A stretch of 63,731 bases of DNA, filler included, from Hyphochytrium catenoides (taxonomy: Eukaryota > Protista > Hyphochytriomycota): assembly GCA_900088475.1 (NCBI GenBank). It is 8 parts of 8 records of this genome, joined end to end, with 100 filler letters (N's around TTAATTAATTAA, not from the genome) between each part and the next. Parts side by side here need not be neighbours in the genome. Positions count along the whole stretch, not along the records: positions 1 to 28,506 come from FLMG01000740.1; 7 more parts are not named here. One strand, 5' to 3'. Below, piece after piece: positions 13,234-24,974 of this stretch. The notes under the pieces are model-generated. The model was not told the origin of the DNA. It saw only the letters and a list, made by a program, of their open reading frames with translations, and made no database searches. Made by a program: the position numbers and the translations under genes. How positions within the stretch are numbered: the first letter of the stretch is position 1; every line of letters starts with the position of its first letter.

Positions 13234-14950
13234 TCACACTTGAGACATTTTGCTCCCGTCAAAGGTGAAGCCTCTAAAGGCCGACGTGATGGTTCCTGAC
13301 TGCACAGTCGTGGCCACGCTGTCCACCACCGGCTCCTCGAGGAACTCCGAGTCAAAGTAAGAGATGTCTGTCTCTCCCTGCACCGCCGGCCGCCACGGAG
13401 CAAGAATCTTCCTCTGCAGGAGAGGATCCCAGGGCACGCCCGCAAAGAAAGGATGGTCCTTGACCTCTCCTCCTCCTCGAGAGCCCAGCCGCGCCGTGGG
13501 ATCATACTCTAGCAGACTGGCCAGGAAGGACTGCGCCACTTGAGGGAGAGAGAGAGGGATAATCTCTCTCGCGAGAGACGGGGTGAGGATGTTGTTCACC
13601 ATCTGCACATTGTTCTCGTCATAGAAAGGATGCGAGCCCGTCAGCATCTCATAGGTGAGGACCCCGAAGGCCCACCAGTCCACAGCCTTCCCGTAGCCGC
13701 TCTCTCCCTTCCCAGACATCGCACTTAAGCCTGAGATGAGAATCTCTGCATCCAAGAGGAGAGCAAGAGCGAGAGGCAAGAGAGATTGAGATGCAAGGCC
13801 AACAGTTGCGGTGAAGGGCGGAGATGAAGGGAAGAGACAGAAAACAAAGAAAGAGGGCAGTGAGAGAGAGAGAAGAGGGGGAGAGAAGTAGCCGCGAGAA
13901 AATAGGGGGAGAGAAAGAGAATGGAGCTTCCGGACCTGGAGCAAGATATTCCTGGCTTCCCACAAAGGTCTTGGCATCGAAGTCGTAGAGGACGTGGAGC
14001 TTGGACATCCCGAAGTCTGTGAGCTTGATGTGTCCCTGACTGTCAATCAGGATGTTCTCAGGCTTCAGGTCCCTAGCAACATCGAGGGAAGAAAAAGAGG
14101 AAGAGAGGGAGAGGGAGAGAGACACACAGAGAGGCAGAGTGAGAGAGAGAGAGAGAGAGAAAGTGAGCGAGAGAGATCGGAAAATTCAGCCTATCTTTTA
14201 GCTCTTCTTCCAGCTAAATAACCGCCGATGTTTCTTCACTCCCAGTTTGGGTCACCCTCTCCTTCACTCAATACTTCCAATGCAATCCTTCAATTCCTTT
14301 GTCCCTTCACTTAGGACATCTGCCCCAAACTCTCTCCCAGTTTCTCTCTCTCTCTCGCGCGCGCGCGCCCTCCTTTCTCCCCCCTGTTATCTTTTCCACT
14401 ATTCTGCTACCTCTCCATACCTGTAAACGATGTTCAGGCTGTGCAGATAGTCCAGCGCCAGCGTGATCTCTGCCGCGTAGAACCTTGCTCTGTCATAATC
14501 CATGGGCTCCGACTGCTTCAGGTGCTGGAACAGCTCGCCGCCGCTGCAATAGTCCGTCACTAAGTAAAGCTTACTAGGAGTCTGGAAGGAGTACCTATCC
14601 GAAGTGGAGACCAGAACACAGGCAGACGGCGGGTGAGGAAGAGAGAAATGGAGACGGAGACATAGATAGGAACGCAGAAAGAGAGAGAGAGAGAGCGAGA
14701 GAGAGAATAGGGGGAGAAGAGAACACGAGGAAGCCGAGAGACCAGAGGGCGGAAATTGCCGTAAGCAGGACAAGAATGGTACACGCGAGAATGGATCATT
14801 TGGCCCCTCATGCACTTGAGAGGCACTGGACTATTGACAGCAGATAACAGAAGTGGGAAACGTTAGCATTGGGTCTCAGAAGGGATTCTTTGGAAAATTC
14901 AAAGAGCTTTACGGTCGCAGAAGAGGGTCACAGACAGGAGAGAGAAAGGG

Positions 14951-14990
<40 letters not shown>

Positions 14991-17017
14991 AGGGGACATC
15001 CGGAAATATAAAAAAACACCGTCGAGGGGATGGTCGCTCACTTTAGCTTGGCAATAAATGGGTGGCTCAAGCTCTGCAGGATGAGCCTCTCTGTCCGCAT
15101 GTACTCCGTCAGTCCCCGCGCCCTGACATTGCTCTTCTTCAGCACTTTCATCGCATAAATGCGACTGTCACTGCGCCGGCGGACCATAAATACTTTCCCA
15201 ATCGAGCCTCTTCCTATCACTTTCAATAGCTCAAAGTCGTCGATGGAGGTGGAAGAGGCGTCAGAAGATAAGTTCCGCGGCCGAGCGCCGAGATGAGGCG
15301 GCACAGATGACTCTTCTCTCTCTCTTGACATTCCCTTTCCTGCTGCGGATCCAACGCTACCAGCTAAAGAAGAGAATCTACTTCTTTCCTTGTCTCTGTC
15401 TTTCTCTCCCTCTCCCTCAGCTGTTCCTTTCCTCCACTTGATCATCCGGAACAGTCGCGACGAGAACTCACTATCTCCTGACTCTTTGCCACCGCCATGT
15501 CCCTGCAGCTGCGCCAAGAGACCAAGTGCAGTGCCTCCGTTCTTGAGGAGAGAGAAGAAGTCCAAAGCAAGCTGGGCAGCGACAATGTTGGTCCGCGCCT
15601 TGTTGTCTCCCACGTCCCCCACCGAGAGACAGAGACAGCCAGTCCTCTCTTCCTCCTTCTCAAGACGGGCGCCAGGAGGAGACAGAGCGTCACTCTTAAG
15701 ATGTATAACACAATCGGACAAGAACCGCGAGATACGAGGGTCCTCGGCCACTCTGCAGGTGACGAGCGCCTCACAGAAGACCATTCCTCTCAGTCGAGGG
15801 AGAACTCCTTCTCTCCTCTCGGCCAGCAGCTGCCGCGCTACGTCCGCGCCTGCTCTGTGAGCGAACACAAAGAAATCTTGGCAGAGAGAATGGGACAGAA
15901 CGTCGTCCCACACCTGGAAGACGTGCTCTCTGTGTAGCTCTTTCTTAGAAAATGTATGGAGGACGGCGATGGCATAGCCGAGACTCCTCGCCTTGGAGAA
16001 GAAAGGAAGCATGCTCCCTTGCTGCAGGCCGCCAGAGATGAGGAGAGAACGGCTCCAGATGCCCGGCTCTAGCGCGTGTCTCCCATGATTCAGCACCACG
16101 ATGAGCTTCTCTGCCTCTCTCCAGTCAGAGGTAAGGAATAGATTACACCGCAGCTCGGGTCTTCTCTCTCTTTCCTCTCTCCTGAGAGGAAGCGGGAGAN
16201 NNNNNNNNNNNNNNNNNNNNNNNNNNNNNNNNNNNNNNNNNNNNNNNNNNNNNNNNNNNNNNNNNNNNNNNNNNNNNNNNNNNNNNNNNNNNNNNNNCTC
16301 AGAGATCGGCGCGTGCGTCTCCCAGTGCCGGAGAGTACCCTCGGTGTCAAAGTAGTAAGACAACTCGCGGAGAGAAAGCTGCGCAGCGGAGGCGAGAGAG
16401 TCTTCTAGGACAAAGTCCAGAGAGGAAGAAGAGGAAGAAGATGGAGGGACAAAGGGAGAGGGAGAGGAGAGAGAGGAAGGAGGGAGAGAAGAGAGAGAGG
16501 AAGATGATACACAAGGCTGGCGAGCGTGAAGGAGGAGACGTTCGTACTCTTCCTCAGATCTGCAGAGGACATACTGGCCATTCTCTCGCAGGGAAGAAGA
16601 GTCCCGCACCTCGGCGTAGGAAGGAATGGTAAGCACGCGACAAGAAGAGATTTCCTCCTCAGAGATGCCGCGATCCACCTCTTCCAGGGACTAAGGAAAG
16701 TGAGGCACAGCCGGAGGACGAAGAGACAGAAAGAGGGAGGAGGGTGAGAAGAGAGAGAAAGGGAGAGGGAGGGAGAGGGGGGAGAGAGAAAGGGTGAGAG
16801 GACCGATAAAGTGAGCGAAGCCTCTACCAAGCAGGCCCACCTCAGGAAGTATTTCTCATCNNNNNNNNNNNNNNNNNNNNNNNNNNNNNNNNNNNNNNNN
16901 NNNNNNNNNNNNNNCCGCGTCTCTAAGGGAACTTCCCGGCGCGATGAAGCTGATGGACGCGTCCCCCAGCTCGCCGTCAGACGCCACAGGACAGACGAAC
17001 ACTCGCTGCCCGCTCAT
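13234..17017 (-). CDS. AGC-group Ser/Thr kinase (S6K/SGK/Akt-like) with an N-terminal Arb2/FAM172 alpha/beta-hydrolase-like domain
   Basis: Kinase exons at about 15041-15250 ([21 protein letters not shown]), 14421-14594 ([22 protein letters not shown]), 13936-14072 ([20 protein letters not shown]) and 13234-13748 (VDWWAFG, C-tail FRGFTF). The upstream part of the first kinase exon carries FAM172-like motifs. Probable ATG at 17017 ([10 protein letters not shown]). Two N-gaps fall inside the gene. Confidence 0.88.
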
Positions 17018-17244
17018 CCTCTCACTATCTTATAATCTTTCCCTCTCCTGATTCTCTTCTCTCCTCTATCTGAACCTAGGACTCTCCTCTCCGTCGTCCG
17101 CCAGGTCCTTTTGCTCTCTTTCTTGTCTCTCTACCCTTACTCTTTCTGTGCCTCCTCTTTCAAAGCCCGCACCTCTCCTTGCTGTTGGCTCTCCTGCCGC
17201 TGAGGCGCTTCTATCCCAAGCTCCCCGCCCGGGAGCACCTCCCC

Positions 17245-18054
17245 TCACACAGCCTCAGCGGGTCTCCCCCACTGGGCGCCCGGCCAGTGCGTGGCCTCAG
17301 AGACAAAGGAGGCGGGAGGATCAACCATCAGCGTCGCACATAATGTAGGTCTTGATGCTCTCTTCTTCCTTCGTTCTTCTCTCTCCCTATCTTCTTCTCT
17401 CTCTCTGTGTCTCTTTCTCTTGCCTATGTTGTCTGGCCGGGCTCCCTCTTCGCTGCGCGTGGGAACTCTCTTTCTCTCTCTTGCTTCCTCCTCCACTTTA
17501 ACGCTTCTTTTCTCTGGCAGAGCTCGGACCCTGTAGAAATCTTTGAGCTTGTCGACAGCCTGCGCCCCCCGAGCACCGGCAATGCGGGTGGTTGAAGTGG
17601 ACAGTGGACAGCAACGGAGAGGAAGACAAAGGGAGGAAGAAAGAGAGGCAAGAGCCGCAAGAGAGTAGACAGATAGATGTCAAGGGAAAGAGAGAGAGAG
17701 GGAACAGGAACACAAAGAGAGGAAGAGAACCAACAAGACAGTTGTCATCAGTCACAGAGAACAAGATTATTAGTGCCAAACCAGAGGGACAGAGAGAGAG
17801 AGAGAGAGAAGGAGAGAGAGAGNNNNNNNNNNNNNNNNNNNNNNNNNNNNNAGAGAGAGAGAGAGAGAGAGAGGAGGAGAGAGATCATGCAAGGAGGGTG
17901 GTACAGTCCCAGAAAGGCTTTGATGGAAACTACCTTCACGGTGGTCGTACAGCCCGACCCAGAGTCTATCCCCACACCTCCCCCAGGTGTGACGGCCCCT
18001 GTAACAGAGCAACGTCCAGAAGTCACTACAGTATCCTACCTTTCTGTTATTTCC

Positions 18055-18094
<40 letters not shown>

Positions 18095-18356
18095 TTCTCT
18101 CTTTCTGTGTCTCTCTCTCTCTTTTGTTCTCTCTCTCTCTCTTCTCTCCCCCCACCCCACCCCAAATCTCTTGCCTTCATTCTCTCCCTTCTTAGTCTCC
18201 TGTCTCCTCCCCTCACCACTCTCAATCCCTTCGTCACGCCCGCATCCACGCCGAGCAGAGATTGACTCCCATGTCTTTTCTTCAGCCGACCCACCGCCAA
18301 TTATCTTCATCCTCATCCTCCACCAGTCTTCTCCGTTATCTGCCTTGCATAGACGT
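17245..18356 (-). CDS. Hypothetical spliced protein, no recognisable domain
   Basis: Three non-repetitive blocks (about 18217-18356, 17934-17998, 17245-17559) have GT/AG ends and splice in frame (...DEGIES-GAVTPGG...TTTVK-AVDKLKDFYRVRALPEK...). No start codon identified. Confidence 0.35.
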
Positions 18357-18901
18357 CTGCAAGGAAGAGAGAGAGAGAGAGAGAGAACGAGAGAGAAGAA
18401 ACAGAAGTCAAACGATAAGAAGCGCAATACACAGGAGGTTATATGTCAACTGGTGGTAGGCAGTGAGGTCGAGAGGAGAGAGAGGGCCGTGCCAAAAGAA
18501 ATCAAGAAGCAATTGCGGCTTAAGACTAATAAGATATCTCTTGTGCTAGCCATAGTGAGGCCAAAGAACAGAAAGAGAGAGAGAAAGAAGGCGCTGGGAG
18601 AGGATGAGCAGAGTAGAGCTCTATAAGATTGCCTCTACATAGCGAAGCTTGAGTTGGCTTCATAGTTATCACTAGGAATAGCTTCCACTACTTACACAGA
18701 ATATACACCGAGTGCCATCCTACTCCTCTTCCTCTCTCTCTCTCTCTCTCTCTCTCTCGTCCCCTGTCTCTCTCCCACCGCTCGCAGGGAACTTGATATG
18801 TCTCCCCTTTTGTTTTGAGACTTCATCACTCGAAGTGAAGGCCTTCTGGTTAAGCTAGTGGGCGCTGTCAGGAGCGGCCCAGGCCCTGGTGCTCCCTCCT
18901 C

Positions 18902-21222
18902 CTACTCTAGATCGTACGCACTAAGGAGCGCTCTATATCCCTCGTGTTGCTTCCTCCTCAGCTGCCGCTGTCTGTAGGCGCGCCAGGCGAGGAAGGCGAG
19001 CCCCGCGGCCAGCGCCACGGCTCCGAAGATAAGAAGCACAGTTTTCAGCCCTGAGAGAGATCCAGTTGCCCCCGCCGCCTCCACCCGCAGCTCGGGGTCC
19101 CAGACAATCTCTGAGGGCTGCTCGGCCTGGAAGGTATAATAGACAACCTGAAGAGGAGGGAGTTGTGAGACGTAGAAGGGAAGAGCATTGTCAGCTCTCA
19201 GTGGGGAGCTTAGGAGGAGAGAAGATAGAGGCTTTTCAAGGTCACTAGACGGTGTAGGAGAAGAGGACGGAAGGGGAAGGAGCTGAAGGCCTTATAAAAG
19301 TGTGGCATTGGCAAGCTTCCTAGTGTCGGACCTTAGCGCTGTATCCTCCGCTCTGGAACATCACGGCACTGGCGGCCGAGAACGTCACCTCCTTGGCCGC
19401 TGTCTCATTCGTCAGTGCGCTGGCAGCCACCGCCACCGTCCTTTGGCCTCTTCCTCCGCCGCGGACCGTTGCGGAGTCCTTCCAAGTGAAGACGCCCTGC
19501 GCCTTTCCACCATCGACCAGCATCGCGCTATCGTCAGAGCTGATGTGGGACGCAGAGAGAGGTAGACAATGGGGAAGAGAGGCTGTTAGACCATAAGAAA
19601 TCTTTCAGCGGAGAGGCAAAGCTTGGAGGCATAAAGATAGCGACGGAAGGTATTATGCGGCCCTGAACGACTCTAGCGCGGACCGTGCTCCCACCTGACA
19701 TCAATCTCAGCTCCAGCGTTAGCGTTGAGCAGCACCGCCTGCAGAGCGAGCTTCGTCCCCTTCCCCTTGTAAGGATAATTACGGATCTGGACGCTAATCT
19801 TGGCGCCGTTCGGAGCTCGGAGCTCACCGTCCGCGCCTGGATGGCGCCGGTTTGAAGTCTCGACGCTGATGCTGAAGACTGAGTCTGCGGTTGAGGCGTT
19901 CAATGAGTAAAGGAGAGAGTCGTTGGGACCTTTCTTTACGTTCACGGCCATGGCCTTAAAATGTGAGGCGTGGGGCTGGGCGAGGCTGAAGGAGCTGACA
20001 GTCCGTGAGACCAGAGGATCAAATTTCCCGTCTCCTTTCACATCCTCCCACTCGATAATCGTCTGGTCAGAAGGGTGGGCAAACACAGAGAGAGATCATA
20101 TAAGCCTTACTTATTAGGAAAACCCGCGCAGAAGGTCTTGCGTAGAAGAGGGAGCGGCGCCAATCTATTCACATTGCTCTCACTCCCCTGAGTCCCTCCT
20201 AGCAGAATCTCCTGTTTTCCCTGTGCATTATCCCCCAGCCCCGCGAATGGTCAACACCTCCGCGTGTGTCCTCTTACCGGAATCGCCAATGCCTGCGCGA
20301 AAGCGTTGAGCCTCAAGTCCATCGCTGCTTTGAAGTTGAAGTGCGGTCCGTGTCCCCAATAGTCGGGCAGCCAGCCGCTCTCGTTCTGCGGATTGCGCGT
20401 CCCATTGATGCTGAAATTGAACCTACAAAAGGCAGCAGACCTTTAGCCTACTGTCTCCATCTTTCTAATGTTTCGCTCTGCCCATGGCACTTCGCTGTTC
20501 CCTCCTTGTACCTCCATTTCAACAGACATATCTATCAGTGGTGTTTAGCTCTTCTGTCTCTTCCTAAGTGTTGGAACCTCAATAAACCCTTCAGAATAGA
20601 CTACTAAGCTCACCTGGCGGACGCTTCAAAATATGCCTGCACGGCCGCAGGCATGCCGATAGTAGAGATGACCGTCGCAATAGTGTCACCGCCAAGAGAC
20701 TCCCCTGAAACATTGAAGTCCACATCTGAAGCCTCAAACTATAGACACAGTGAGATGGTTGCAGCGGACGGGCATGTTAGAGACGGAACAGAGAGATTTC
20801 GACAGTGCGAGATGAGGACGGCCGTCGCGCCCTGCTTAGGTTAGGGGAACCCGTAGGAGCTAGAATAAACCAATCGAGAGAGCTATTGCAGCCACTCAAA
20901 AGAGATGATAGGACTTTGGACGACGATCTCCATCACTTACCGCGCCGACGTTGGGGCAACCTCCCAAAGGCTGCCAGACGATGGGCGCGAACTCGCAGGA
21001 GCGCTGCAGGAGCGCCGAGATAAAGGGGTTGGAAATGTACGCACACTGGAGTGCACTTGCACCAGGAATGTCGGACTCGACACTGCATGGCCCCACAAGG
21101 TTCCAAATTTTCACTGAGTGGGCTTCCACGGCCAGGTCTGGCAGGGATGCGGTTGCTGCGCCGCAGCCGAGAAGTATGGCCAGCGCTAGCGCCTGGAGCT
21201 TGCCCACGGAGAAGACCGCCAT
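18902..21222 (-). CDS. Type I membrane glycoprotein: signal peptide, beta-rich lumenal domain, C-terminal TM helix, GYxxL tail
   Basis: Signal-like MAVFSVGKLQALALAILLGCGAATAS. Spliced exons contain IIEWEDVKGDGKFDP, KISVQIRNYPY..KLAL, FTWKDSATV and EIVWDP. TM segment VLLIFGAVALAAGLAFLAW, then tail RRKQHEGYRALLSAYDLE*. Several N-x-S/T sequons (NVS, NGT, NES, NAS, NET). Confidence 0.7.
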
Positions 21223-21528
21223 CCTTCTCTGGGAATCTTGAGCGTTGGATATGGGACAAAAGAAGAAAAGACGCCACACGCCAGCGCTGAGATTAATCGG
21301 AGGCTGCCCCAGTTAGGCTTTCCGACGCTGAACGCCAGTTCCCGTGCTCCCCAAAGAGTGACAGAGGGAGGGTGAGAGGTTGATAAGTTGCTTTAGAGCC
21401 GAGAGGGCAGGCGGCGAGGAAGTGATATGGTCTCCAAGAAGGAAGGCGCCTCTGTCCTTGCAGCCACAGCGGCATCAGCAGCTTGAAGTCCTGCCAGAAC
21501 TCTCTGGGAGCGCGCCGCGGCAGTTAGC

Positions 21529-21569
<41 letters not shown>

Positions 21570-22289
21570 TGGGGGAAGGGAGCCCTGGGAGGGAGTGGTA
21601 ATATCCTCGTGGTCTCCCTCTTCACTGATTATATGGAGGATCATAAAAATAGTACGCACCTAAGAACACAGTCTCTGTCCTTTGTGTCTCTCCCTTGGTA
21701 GCTGAGATGGAGGTGGGCATGGGATGGCCGTTAGCGGCCCTAGATCTTTCCTCCTTCTTTCCTGCGTTCTGATGGCCCATCTCTGTCTCTCGCCACCTCT
21801 GTCTCAACTCCCCTCTTCTCCCTCTCTCCATTTCTTTCTCTTGACGCTCCACCTCGTGACCTAGAAGTACTTCTAATAAAGCAGAAGGCGCGCGGTCTCT
21901 CTGCTCTCTCCGCTGCATCTTCCTTCTTCTGCTTGGCCCGCCTTCTCCCTCGTCACCTTCCTCATGTGAACTCGCTGGCAGATCTGCTGATAGTGTCACT
22001 CACCTTCCTCTAGTCTAGGACCAGGCGACCCCAGGCAGACGGGACGAGAACGGCCTTCGCGGTGGAAGAAAGAGCTGATAGAGCAGTTGCCTTGGGCAGA
22101 CACAGTGACCGCGAGACCGGTGCAGGCTGTGCTCTCGGTGGCTCAGAGTTAGTCGGACTTAGTCAAAAACGTCTTCATTCTTATCGCATTTTATCCCCGT
22201 GCTCTCTCTCTCTCTCTCTCTCTTCTCCATCTCTTCTTTCTTCCTTACCTTTTGTCTCCTTCGTCTGCTGATAAGAAACGATCTGGGCC

Positions 22290-23783
22290 ATGATGCAGTC
22301 TCCAAGTGAGGAGACGACAAAGCAGCGGCCTAAGACCTCGGACCTGTTGACAGCTGGATTCTACACAAAGTTTCTTAGAGGCGCGGCTCTGGCGCTTTCA
22401 GCCTTCAGGATTGCCACGGTCAACCCGAAGCTTCGCAAGGAGCTCAAGAAAGCATGGAAGGTGACTCTCTACGGAGCAGTTGCCACTCTGGCGGTGAGCA
22501 ACCAGGGGGATAAGAAGAGACGAGCAAGACTTTCCTTTCATCTCTGATCCTTTTCCCTCCTTCCCAATGACTCGCCTCTTCTCTCACGCACTATCGAGCC
22601 TAATCTGCTTACAATTGCTCCTTCTATTCATCTGCTAATCTAGTTTTCTTTTAGGTGACGTTTGTCGTCTTTCTCCTTCTGCACCTGCCGCTGCGTCTGC
22701 TGAATCTTTTCGGAGACTTCCAGTCGGCGCTAGAAGCCACCTCGCCAGCATCTATCCTTGGACACCTGTCTGTCCTTCTGACACTAATCACCTCTGACGT
22801 CCTCACCGCCTTCTGGCACGCTCCCGCGCGGGAGATTTTCTTTGCGACTCTGGCACTGGAGGCACCGGACCTCGCGAAGAGTTTAGAAGCTCGAAAGCAG
22901 GCCTTGAGCTTTGATCTCACCATCAGGATCAAAAGATACGCCCGTCTGCTCGGTTACGCGCTCGTGCTGCGACTCCTCGGTCTATTGCCAGTGGTCGGAT
23001 CGTTCGCATCCCCTCTACAGCTCTTCCTCGTCCTGAGCCCCAAGCTCGGGCCCCGTAAGTCTCATCTCTCAAGCCCTTTGTTGCGCTACACGAGGAGTTC
23101 GTTCCCACTCTCAATCGATAAGGCATCTCAGTCTCGAGTCCACCCGCCTGACCCTCGCCTTTTGCTCCTCCTGTCCATGTATCGTCAAGCTGCTTGTCTC
23201 TCACCTCCTTACACATGAGGAAAATAGATCTTTACCCATCTAAGCTGCCTTGATATTTTCTATGTTCTATCGGGCTTTTTATAGTCAACAAGCCCTTGAT
23301 AGGCGGCCTTGCTTTGTGTGTGTATGTTCTGACCCATGCTAATTCAGGAGTGTCGATCGCCATCGCCGCTGCTGGCCTTCTCCCCATTCTCCGTCCGATT
23401 TCGGAGCCTTTCATTCAGTCTTGGCTCGCCGCCATGTCTCTTGGGCAGGATGCAGTCTGGGAATACTACAGTCGACTGCCCACGAGCGAGATGCGGAAGT
23501 ATTTCTTGCGCCGGTATCAGGGTGCTCTGACCGGACTAGGATTGGTCTATTCCGCATGCATGGCTGTCCCTTTTCTGGGCCTTGCAGCTTTCTTTCTCGC
23601 ACAGGTGAGTGAGCCTCTCGTCGCCCTTTGACGCTCTGTGTTGAGACTAATCTGGGACGCTTCTGACTGCCGCTGTGCAAGGCTGGAGGGGCCTTGCTGG
23701 TTGTTGACATCCTGCGGAGGAACCAAAGCAAGACGCGTAAGGTGGACCTCCTAGACGAGAAGCTCGTGTCAGCCACGGGGTGA
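22290..23783 (+). CDS. Multi-pass membrane protein, EI24/CysZ-like
   Basis: Four exons with hydrophobic helices. The C-terminal RRYQGALTGLGLVYSACMAVPFLGLAAFFLAQ-AGGALLVVDIL resembles the EI24/CysZ C-terminal pattern. Stop TGA at 23781-23783. Confidence 0.55.
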
Positions 23784-24974
23784 TCTGATCATCGTGACTT
23801 TAGCAGGGTGCCACCAGCTTTACCAGAGCGAGTTACTACTACCTCGAATGGTTCTTAACTTCTTTTCTTTTTATAAATGAGGGCGGTCTGCTGTTGGTCA
23901 TTCCATAATAAAGCTTTGATATTATAATCATAAAGCTATTATAACAGGTGGTGGGAGCCTTACAAAGGATTGACTCCCAGAACTTCAAAACCAATCTAAA
24001 GGTTATCACGAGCTGGAAGTAGCATCGCCACCCTGACCAGTTCCCCGAATGTACATTTTGAATATGTCTATCGACCTGATTTAGCCTAGTCGCAGCGACG
24101 AAGAGTAAGGAATGAGGTTGCGGAGCCCGTGAATGGGCCCACCAGATCCTCCTCCACTGTCTGTCTGCCGGACAACAACATTCTGAAGCACGCCACCCTT
24201 CCCGAAGCCAAGGAACAGAACTTCATGGGGTATACAAGCTCAGATTAGTGATCGTGCTTCTTGTTGATACCCACCCTGAATATGGGTATAATGAGCTGCT
24301 TCCCATCTACCTCCTTTCAGGAACTACTCCTGTTTGTTGCTGGGAGCGGGGAGGGGTGCCATTATCGAACATAGAAAGACCTCTTCCGTCCTCCAAAAAT
24401 GCCTCCAACAACCGGCGCATTGCTGCCGTGGGCTGCGGTTATAGTCTTCCTGCTTTTGCTGCTGCACCCAGGGGTAATAATGACTGCAATCAAAGCAACA
24501 TCATGCCAGCAGGGACAGCAGGTGCAGCAGACTACTACTATTATTGTTATTGTCTTGTTCTTTATCCACTTTATTTCTGTGAATTGGTACTCTGACTGCC
24601 GCTTGTGAAAATTGACCTAACAACGTTTCCTCTTGTGGGCGGCAGGCTGCTGGCTGAGACGAAGAACGTGATAATGAAAGAAAACTAAACATCTTTTTTC
24701 CGTCTTTGTTTGTTCTCAAAATCATCAAGACATCACCGAAGAAGTATCAGATTCTGNNNNNNNNNNNNNNNNNNNNNNNNAGGTCTTCTCTTCTGATATG
24801 GTCTCTGCCCACACTGTCGAAAAATAAGCCTTCCCGATTCTCAAAAAAGGCGGCTAAGAGTTCATTAGAACCGCGCAAGGTGGTGGGCACTGCTGCTTCG
24901 GCGGCGCTGCTTGCTTATTGCTGAGCCGCCGCCGCCGCCGTGCAGCTGCGGCAATTATTTAATTTTTGCTATGT

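Noticed and set aside
21060-21150. Lysyl oxidase (PDLAV...CA resembles the LOX N-terminus)
   Set aside because: No copper-binding WxWHxCHxHYH motif in the downstream exons.
21622-21999. 125-aa charged ORF on the minus strand
   Set aside because: No recognisable motif, non-ATG start and partly GA-rich low complexity.
23930-23980. Chromodomain-like WWEPYKGL
   Set aside because: No upstream YLVKW motif and stop codons surround it; too short to support.
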